Source of the DNA: Alphaproteobacteria bacterium
Lineage (GTDB): Bacteria; Pseudomonadota; Alphaproteobacteria; Bin95
Direction of reading: 5' to 3'
Length of the DNA stretch: 64,000 bases
NCBI GenBank assembly: GCA_964291285.2
Contig: OZ219786.1
Span: forward strand, 32,001 to 96,000
The notes under the pieces were generated by a model. That model did not search any database. It had not been told where the DNA came from and saw only the letters and a program-made list of their open reading frames with translations. Below are positions 57,786 to 64,000 of the stretch, in pieces. The position numbers and the translations under genes are program-made. Position 1 is the stretch's first letter; the number at the start of each line of letters is the position of its first letter.

Positions 57786-59365
57786 CCTGCCAGGCCCCTG
57801 TATCGCCACGCTCGGCGCGGCTTCCGGTCGAACGCGCCCTCCGCCAGGCCGGCAGCGATCACGGCGGCGCTGAGCACGTCGATGCGCCCGTTCGCCTTCG
57901 CCTTGTCGAGGCCGGGATTTCCGTTCCCGTCGCGCCGGATCGTGCTCTTGGCGATGGCGGTCATGAGCGAGAGATTTTCTGCCATGCGGAATCGCTGCTG
58001 GATCACCAGCCGCTGAAAGGCGCGGACATCGCGCCCCCCGTCCTTCCCCGCGCCGACGCGCCGGAGGTCTATAGGCCAGCGCACCGCAGCCCGGTCCATG
58101 AAATCCCGGACCTCAGCGTCCTTGTAGCTGTCCGCCGCCGCCGCCGCCACGCGCACGCCCTCAAGGTCCGCCTGAATATCAGCGAGGAAGGCATCGGGCC
58201 GCACGATCCGGCCGGGAAAGGTCCGCAGCTCCCCCCGCCGCTCCATCACCACGTAGGGCGCGTCATCGCGCCGCTGCCGGTCCGCCAGGGACGGGATATC
58301 GCCAAAGGCCATCCAGGTCTCCGCGCGCCCGGTAGCAGGCCAGATCGCGCACGCCGCCGTGCTGCTGGTCGCCTCGCCGAAGTCGAAGCCGAGGAACGCC
58401 GGCCCTTCTCGACCGGGCGGATCGGCGACGAAACACGCACGCAGGTCATCCGGACTGCAAATCATCTCTCGCGAAGGATCGAGGCTCTGGTTGAGGTCGA
58501 ACGCCCGGAAGCTCGGTTCATCGCCCGGCGCCCCGCGTATCCGGGCAACCTCGGCTTCCATGTAGGCGATCTGCTTGATACCGGCCGCGAGGCCCGGATT
58601 GGCCGCGTGCCATGCAGCCCGATCATCTATCGCCGCCCCGGCCGGCGCAGCGAAGACGTGCGCCACCGTCGCCGGGTTCTCCAGCACCTCCCGGTATAGA
58701 GGACTGTCCCCCCGGACACTGATATGCAGAATTCGGCCGCCCTTCGCCGACACGCTGGAACGCAACCCCGCCAACAACTCCCTCGCGCGCTCCGGGAACA
58801 GGCCCGTCTCATCGACGATCACCAGGTCGAACCCGGACGAGTGCCCGGCGCTGCGCTCGGAGGCGAGCGTCTCGAGACTGCCGGTCGCACCCTCGATTGC
58901 GCCCGGATATGGCGATCTGCGGATCGTCACCTGGTCATCGAGGCCGGACGCCTGGACGATGGCGGCGACTTGGTCCCGAAGCTCTGCGGCCTTCTCCAGG
59001 GACAAACTCGCAATCGCCCCGCGCCACCCATCCTGCCGCAGCGGCCCGACCAAAAAGCCCAGCGCCAGGACGGCGCACACGGCAGACTTGGCATTTTTCC
59101 TCGCGACGCAGAGCGCACTCTCATGCGCACCCCAACCCGCACGGAGGAAATCCTCCGCGAAGCCCGGCAATTCCATGGCCGTGCCGGCAAGAGGGTGGCC
59201 GGGAGGAACCCGGAGCGTCGTCTGCGCCCACGCCGACAGAGCCGCCACCGGGTCCGCGGGCATGGCCGGCACAGCCGCAGCCGCGCCCGCCTTCTGCCGC
59301 GCACGCTGCCGGCGCTTGCGCTCCCTGGCGGCAAGGCGCGCCGCTGTCGGGTCCCGATAGGGCAT
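57782..59365 (-). CDS. terL: Terminase large subunit
   Basis: Walker A-like VARKNAKS, Walker B LVIVDE, ANP, nuclease GFDFG and RID..SA. Confidence 0.87.
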   Translation of the reverse strand: MPYRDPTAARLAARERKRRQRARQKAGAAAAVPAMPADPVAALSAWAQTTLRVPPGHPLAGTAMELPGFAEDFLRAGWGAHESALCVARKNAKSAVCAVLALGFLVGPLRQDGWRGAIASLSLEKAAELRDQVAAIVQASGLDDQVTIRRSPYPGAIEGATGSLETLASERSAGHSSGFDLVIVDETGLFPERARELLAGLRSSVSAKGGRILHISVRGDSPLYREVLENPATVAHVFAAPAGAAIDDRAAWHAANPGLAAGIKQIAYMEAEVARIRGAPGDEPSFRAFDLNQSLDPSREMICSPDDLRACFVADPPGREGPAFLGFDFGEATSSTAACAIWPATGRAETWMAFGDIPSLADRQRRDDAPYVVMERRGELRTFPGRIVRPDAFLADIQADLEGVRVAAAAADSYKDAEVRDFMDRAAVRWPIDLRRVGAGKDGGRDVRAFQRLVIQQRFRMAENLSLMTAIAKSTIRRDGNGNPGLDKAKANGRIDVLSAAVIAAGLAEGAFDRKPRRAWRYRGLAG

Positions 59366-59592
59366 GTCAGGTCACGCCGTCAGCGCCGGGCGTGACGCAA
59401 TCGAGGCGGGGAAGTCCCCCCGCCGCTTCCACCCCCTCAAACGGCCCCGGCGGTGCCATCAGAGACCGGTCCAGCATGTCGCCTTCACCCCTCATTCGAC
59501 GTAGCGGGTTCCTCCTGGTCATCATCGGCCGCCAAGGGCATGATGTTCTCCTCATCGGCACCACCTCTCATCACCGGCACCATGTTCTCATC

Positions 59593-59710
59593 TGTAGCCG
59601 ATGTAACCGAAGTAACCACAATTCTGGTTCAATCCACCTGCACGCGCGCGTACGTACGTGCGCAGGGGGCTTGAATGGAGAAAGCGGTTACTTCGGCTAC
59701 ACCGGTTACA
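59593..59710. repeat. Putative replication origin: inverted arrays of 9-bp-period GTA(A/G)CC iterons
   Basis: tgtagccga tgtaaccga agtaacc (59593-59617) versus cggttact tcggctaca ccggttaca (59685-59710), around a palindromic cgcgtacgtacgtg core. Confidence 0.7.
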
Positions 59711-60429
59711 GAAGGCGGGCGTCGCCGTGCGCCTTCAAACCAACGCGTACCTTGGTGTTGGCGCTGCCGCACCCTTGCGGGACGCGCCGCTGTGCCGACG
59801 GATAGCCGGCATCCGTCAATGCCCGACCGAACGCATTCTGGCTCGGAATGCTGGACCGCAACCCGGCGTGGCGACGCCAATCGCAGAACCGCTCGTAGAG
59901 GTGGTTGGATGTGTCGAACCGGTCCGGGCCGGTATCGCAACATTCCGTGATGAAGCGGCCGAGTGGTGACGCTTCGGAGAGCCAGCGCCAGGTTTCGCGT
60001 TCGACGACGCTCGGCATGGTCCATTCGTTCGAGGCGAACATGGCCGCGAACCGGCGCGCGCCTTCCATCATCCATGCCAGCACGGCAGGCTGCTCCTTCC
60101 CCATGAGTTCGTGCTTCACAGCCGGGTTTTGCGCCTTTAAGGCTTCGCCGGCCGGGATGACGACGAACCTCCGCGTGATCGACGCGTCCACCACGGCGAC
60201 AGACGGCAGGCTCGCCGGGTTGCCCTGGCAGTGGATGGTTCCGGTAATTCGGGCGTTTCGGGGGTTCTCGCGCATCCGGTTGACCGGCGTTTCGTCGCCG
60301 CCGGACATGGACTTGAGAACCTCGACATTCAGCTGCCGCGCCCGGAGCTCGTTACTGACCACGAGTCGCTTTCCGACCAGCGCCTCCAAAAATGTCCGGT
60401 GCTGGCCGTCGCCGCCTTCCAGTGTTGAA

Positions 60430-62125
60430 CCTAAATCCGGCAGTTGAGGATGGCTTGGCCTTGCCGAATCCCTTGTAGTCTGCGGGTATGAGCGGCTTTT
60501 CAGGGGCCGAAGAGGCTCACCCTTTGGGTGATTATCCTGGCGCTGTGCGGGATGTCGCCCGAGCGTCGGTGAAGGTGGACACCTTCGGCGGCGCGGTTCA
60601 TGTGGAATGGGACCCTGATGCGGCGGTGACGCCGCTGGGGCATCTGGCGTTTTTCTCGGAATACCTGAAGGTAAGCGGTCGCTTTGACGCTTTGGTTGCG
60701 GACTGCCCGCTGCACTACACGAGCCCGAACGCGCCGTCGAAGCGGGATGTCCTGGGGACGGTTCTTCTGTCGGTTCTGGCGGGGCAGTCTCGCTATGCGC
60801 ACATCACGTCGCTGCGCGGCGACGGGGTGAACCCTGCGCTGCTGGGTATGGACAAGGTTGCGAGCGAGGATTCGGTGCGGCGCGGTCTGGAGCGGATCGG
60901 TGCGGATGTCGGCACATCGTGGCTTCAGGGCCATCTGGACGAGGTGGTCCGTCCGCTGCTGAGGGAGCCGTGGGTTCTGGACTGCGACACGACGATCAAG
61001 GCGCTTTACGGTCGTCAGGAGGGGGCGGTTGTGAGCTACAACCCGAAGAAGCCGGGCCGCCCCTCGCATGCCTGCCATGCGTTCCTGATGGCGGGCACGC
61101 GGCTTGTTCTGGATGTCGAGGTGGCGCCGGGCAACCATCACCATTCGAGGCGCGCGGCGCCGTCCTTGTGGGCGTTGCTCGACCGTCTCGGTCGGGATCG
61201 CTGGCCGCGTCTGGTGCGGGGCGATAAGGACTGGGGCAGCGAGGCCAACATGGCGTCGTGCGAGGCTGCGGGTCTGGACTATTTGTTCAAGCTGCGCCTG
61301 ACGAAGGGGGCGCGCCGGCTTGCCGAGCGGCTGATGGTGCGGGACGGCTGGGAGGATGCAGGCCAGGGCTGGTCGGGGATCGGGGCCGATCTGCGTCTGC
61401 AGGGCTGGAGCCGGACGCGCCGGGTTGTGGTGCTGCGTCGGCGGCTTCCTGCGACGCTGGCGCTGACGCGTGGCGACAAGGCCCAGGGCGAGCTGTTCTG
61501 GACCGAGGCGCAGCCCGGCACCGGGGTGTGGGAGTTCGCGGTGCTGGCGACCTCGCTGGACCTGGAGATACGCTCGCTGGCCCAGCTCTACCGCGACCGG
61601 GCGGACGCGGAGAACGGCTTCGACGAGTTGAAGAACCAGTGGGGTTGGGGCGGCTTCACCACGCGCGACCTGACGCGCTGCCGGCACATGGCCCGGCTGA
61701 TCGCGCTCATCTACAACTGGTGGAGCCTGTTCGTGCGCCTCGCCGACCCCGACCATCACCGCGAGGCGATCACCAGCCGGCCGCTGCTCCTGCACGGGGT
61801 TGCCCGCCAGACCCACCACGCCGGCCAGACCCGGCTGACGGTGACCTCCCATCACGGGCGTCGCAAGACGGTGATGGCGGCGCTGCGCCGGATCGCCGGC
61901 TTCTTCCGGTCGCTGACGCAAACTGCGGAGCAGTTGAGCGCCGGGGATCGCTGGCGCCGCATCCTCGCCGAGGCGCTCAGGAAATACCTCCATGGCCGCG
62001 AACCGGGGCGTCAACCCTGGCTGCCGCCACCCAGGGCCGCGACCACGTGCTGAAATCCACGCCCAAATCCGACCGTTCACACTACCCCGAGACAGCGATC
62101 AAGCTCGTCAACTGCCGGATTTAGG
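60430..62125 (+). mobile_element. IS1380-family insertion sequence (1696 bp)
   Basis: Perfect 18-bp IR cctaaatccggcagttga / tcaactgccggatttagg; 5-bp TSD TTGAA (60425-60429, 62126-62130). Confidence 0.92.
60488..62053 (+). CDS. IS1380-family DDE transposase
   Basis: LDCDTT, YG.QEGA...YNP, RGD, Y..RA.AEN.F.ELK. Confidence 0.9.
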   Translation: MSGFSGAEEAHPLGDYPGAVRDVARASVKVDTFGGAVHVEWDPDAAVTPLGHLAFFSEYLKVSGRFDALVADCPLHYTSPNAPSKRDVLGTVLLSVLAGQSRYAHITSLRGDGVNPALLGMDKVASEDSVRRGLERIGADVGTSWLQGHLDEVVRPLLREPWVLDCDTTIKALYGRQEGAVVSYNPKKPGRPSHACHAFLMAGTRLVLDVEVAPGNHHHSRRAAPSLWALLDRLGRDRWPRLVRGDKDWGSEANMASCEAAGLDYLFKLRLTKGARRLAERLMVRDGWEDAGQGWSGIGADLRLQGWSRTRRVVVLRRRLPATLALTRGDKAQGELFWTEAQPGTGVWEFAVLATSLDLEIRSLAQLYRDRADAENGFDELKNQWGWGGFTTRDLTRCRHMARLIALIYNWWSLFVRLADPDHHREAITSRPLLLHGVARQTHHAGQTRLTVTSHHGRRKTVMAALRRIAGFFRSLTQTAEQLSAGDRWRRILAEALRKYLHGREPGRQPWLPPPRAATTC

Positions 62126-62898
62126 TTGAACGGTCCACCGCGCCGCCGTAGCCGCCCGCTGCTTTTTTGCACGCGGAGAGAAGCGTTGATTTGCCGCTTC
62201 CGCCCTCGCCGACCCAAAGGAACACCTTCTCGAAGCCGACCCCTCCTATCAGGCTCCCGCCGAGCACAAGCTGATAGAATTGCTGAAGCTCATCGTCACC
62301 GCCGGACATATGGTCGAGCACCTCATGCAGGCGCGTCGAAGGGCAAGCGGGATCGGGGCGGCAACCCGCCCGCATGGTGATCCGGTCTGTGAGAACCGCT
62401 TTGCGTTCCTGTCCGGACACCAGGTCCACGAGTCGGTTTCCGGGCAATCCGAGTGCGTTCGGGTTCGCGTCCCAATCTTCACGCGGCGACAGAACGGCGG
62501 GCCGTTCGACCAGCTTCAGCGCGTCGTTGATATGTCGATAGCGCCCGGCGCGGCGCATGTTCTCGTCCGTCGCTTCATCGTCGCCATTTATTCGCGCCCT
62601 GCTTTCCACCAGCTTGCGCATGGCGTCCCGGCTCGCGATCGTGGCGGCGTCGGCAGACAGCCAGCCTGTGTCCTGCATCCAGAACAGCCATTCGCCCGGC
62701 GCGAGCACTTGAAACCGTCCGGCGGCGAATTGGAGGAACCCGTCTGCAAGCTCCACTTCCGATAGCCCGGCGGCCAGCTTCGGCCTCGCCGCCTTCGGTC
62801 TGTTGCCCCGCAGTTTTTTGTTCGGTATAGTCATGATATTCCTCTCGTCCAGGAAACCCCGCACCGGGCACTGCATGGCCCGGCGCGGAACACACACA

Positions 62899-62926
62899 GA
62901 AACCCCGGCTCCCGTGCCGGGGTTTC
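62899..62926. terminator. Strong hairpin downstream of alpA (possible terminator/attenuator)
   Basis: gaaaccccggc-tcccgt-gccggggtttc. Confidence 0.5.
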
Positions 62927-62931
62927 GCTTT

Positions 62932-63138
62932 TCAGGCTGCGGCAGCCTCTCCGGCTGCACGGGGCAGAGCGGCTAGCCATGCCTCAATCTCACTGGCCGG
63001 CCAGCGAATGACCTTGCCGCCGATCTTGAGCGGCCGGGGGAATTCGCCCCGGTTCATCATTGCGTAAATGGTAGAGCGGCCAAGGCCCGTTTCCGCGAGC
63101 ACTTCGCTCATTTTCATGAGCCGGTTTCCAGCCTCCAT
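62932..63138 (-). CDS. alpA: AlpA family regulator/excisionase
   Basis: EV...TGLGRSTIY..M..GEFP.P.KIG....RW...EIEAWL; RBS aggag. Confidence 0.92.
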   Translation of the reverse strand: MEAGNRLMKMSEVLAETGLGRSTIYAMMNRGEFPRPLKIGGKVIRWPASEIEAWLAALPRAAGEAAAA

Positions 63139-63179
63139 TGCGCCTCTCCTGCGTTCAAACCGAGCGGCACAATGTGGGA

Positions 63180-63671
63180 TTATTCGGAGGCTGTATGTAT
63201 GTTTCGACGCGCTTCCTTAAACATACGTTCGCCCCGTCTCCGGGCGCTCTCCACCGCCTCATAAGACAGGTTCAAGCCCTCGGCGATGAAGCGGCAGGCG
63301 GCACGCTTGGAGACGCCCAGCTCGGCAGCGCTTTCCACCATTGCCGCAATGCGGATGTCGCGCGTCGGGTCGCTGCGCGAGCCCTTCGGCGCTGCCCGTT
63401 CACCGCGTAGATATTCGGTCATGAACGCGGCCAGCCGGGCAGGCATTTCCTCGCCGGCCTCGAAGATCGCGGCGGCCAGTTCCAACAGCTGTTGAAACAC
63501 CCAGGGGTCGCGCTCTGCAAAGTGCAGCCAATGGGCCAGCGCCACCGGCCGCCGCGCGTCTGAAAGCCTTTGCCACACAAGGCACAGCGGCAAGCGTTCG
63601 GAGTAGCAGTAACTGAGCCAGCCACCTGTGCAGTAACCGAGCCAGTCATCTGTAGCCGGAATGTCAGCCAT
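63180..63671 (-). CDS. Hypothetical protein (possible C-terminal HTH)
   Basis: ATG overlaps the integrase stop; C-terminal SKRAACRFIAEGLNLSYEAV. Confidence 0.55.
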   Translation of the reverse strand: MADIPATDDWLGYCTGGWLSYCYSERLPLCLVWQRLSDARRPVALAHWLHFAERDPWVFQQLLELAAAIFEAGEEMPARLAAFMTEYLRGERAAPKGSRSDPTRDIRIAAMVESAAELGVSKRAACRFIAEGLNLSYEAVESARRRGERMFKEARRNIHTASE

Positions 63672-64000
63672 GGCGCTGGTGCAGCTGCACCACATTGCCG
63701 GCCTCCGGCCCGCTGCCCACATAGGCCGCCCACTCGGCCATAAGGCCGCGCCTGCGCTCCAACAGGTCGGAGCGGGCATAGGCGGCCTCCACCGCGTCGG
63801 CCACGGTATGCGCCAGCGCCCGCTCCATCACGGCATGCGGCGCGTTGGTGTTCTCTTGTGCCCAATCCCGGAAGGTGGATCGCATGCCGTGGATCGTGGC
63901 CCGGTCTGCAAGGCCGGTGTCCCGCAGCATCTTGGTCAGCGTCATGTCCGAGAGCGGCGCACCGTGCTTGAGCGGCGAGGGAAACAGCAGGTCGCTGTCG
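63664..64000 (-). CDS. int: P4-like tyrosine integrase, C-terminal part (5' end beyond the window)
   Basis: LFPS, T.HGMRSTFRDW, LAH, AAY.R.D..E.RR..M..WA. Confidence 0.92.
   Translation of the reverse strand, partial: DSDLLFPSPLKHGAPLSDMTLTKMLRDTGLADRATIHGMRSTFRDWAQENTNAPHAVMERALAHTVADAVEAAYARSDLLERRRGLMAEWAAYVGSGPEAGNVVQLHQRHG

Larger units (their letters stand above)
59706..62834 (-). pseudogene. P4-family D5_N/SF3 helicase (primase C-terminal type), interrupted by an IS
   Basis: WDANP..L, GEGGSGKSTL Walker A; removing the IS and one TTGAA restores the frame ...GAVDRSTLEGGDGQHRTFLEALVGKRLVVSNE. Confidence 0.85.
52976..64000 (-). mobile_element. Integrated capsid-forming phage satellite (cf-PICI-like), extends past the window edge
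   Basis: int, alpA, P4-type helicase, terL, HNH, capsid, protease, connector and portal on one strand, ending at the tRNA att; no tail or lysis genes. Confidence 0.85.

Noticed and set aside
59367-59564. 65-aa ORF upstream of terL as a candidate terS
   Set aside because: It has no TerS-like features, is short, and lies beside the ori repeats; unsupported.

Overview
The window looks like GC-rich alphaproteobacterial (Rhodospirillales-like) chromosomal DNA; this is inferred from gene content and codon style. Positions 1-46.8 kb are mostly housekeeping and metabolic genes (ispB, iscS-like desulfurase with ferredoxin, tenA, mnmA, rsmI-yraN-gshB-comM-like, pip, ltaE, ggt, pduO-type adenosyltransferase, mcd-like acyl-CoA dehydrogenase, nrdB), plus REP-like palindromes and a hicAB pair. 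From about 46.84 kb to 52.97 kb is a lower-GC catabolic islet: IclR regulator, an internally deleted aldehyde dehydrogenase, a TPP enzyme and a TRAP transporter. From a tRNA-Ser 3'-end duplication at 52976 to the right edge lies a tail-less, capsid-forming phage satellite (cf-PICI-like). It carries integrase, AlpA, an SF3 helicase broken by an IS1380-family element, an iteron-type ori, TerL, HNH, capsid, protease, connector and portal, but no recognisable terS. The most unusual signal is a pair of dispersed cassettes about 32 kb apart (about 11.5-12.4 kb on + and 43.85-45.15 kb on -). They share a homologous ~220-nt 5' leader with a 36-bp perfect identity and a 10-bp-periodic CATGACA repeat that supplies the stop codon. 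They carry different ORFs, and one ORF has a clear small-terminase N-terminal domain.
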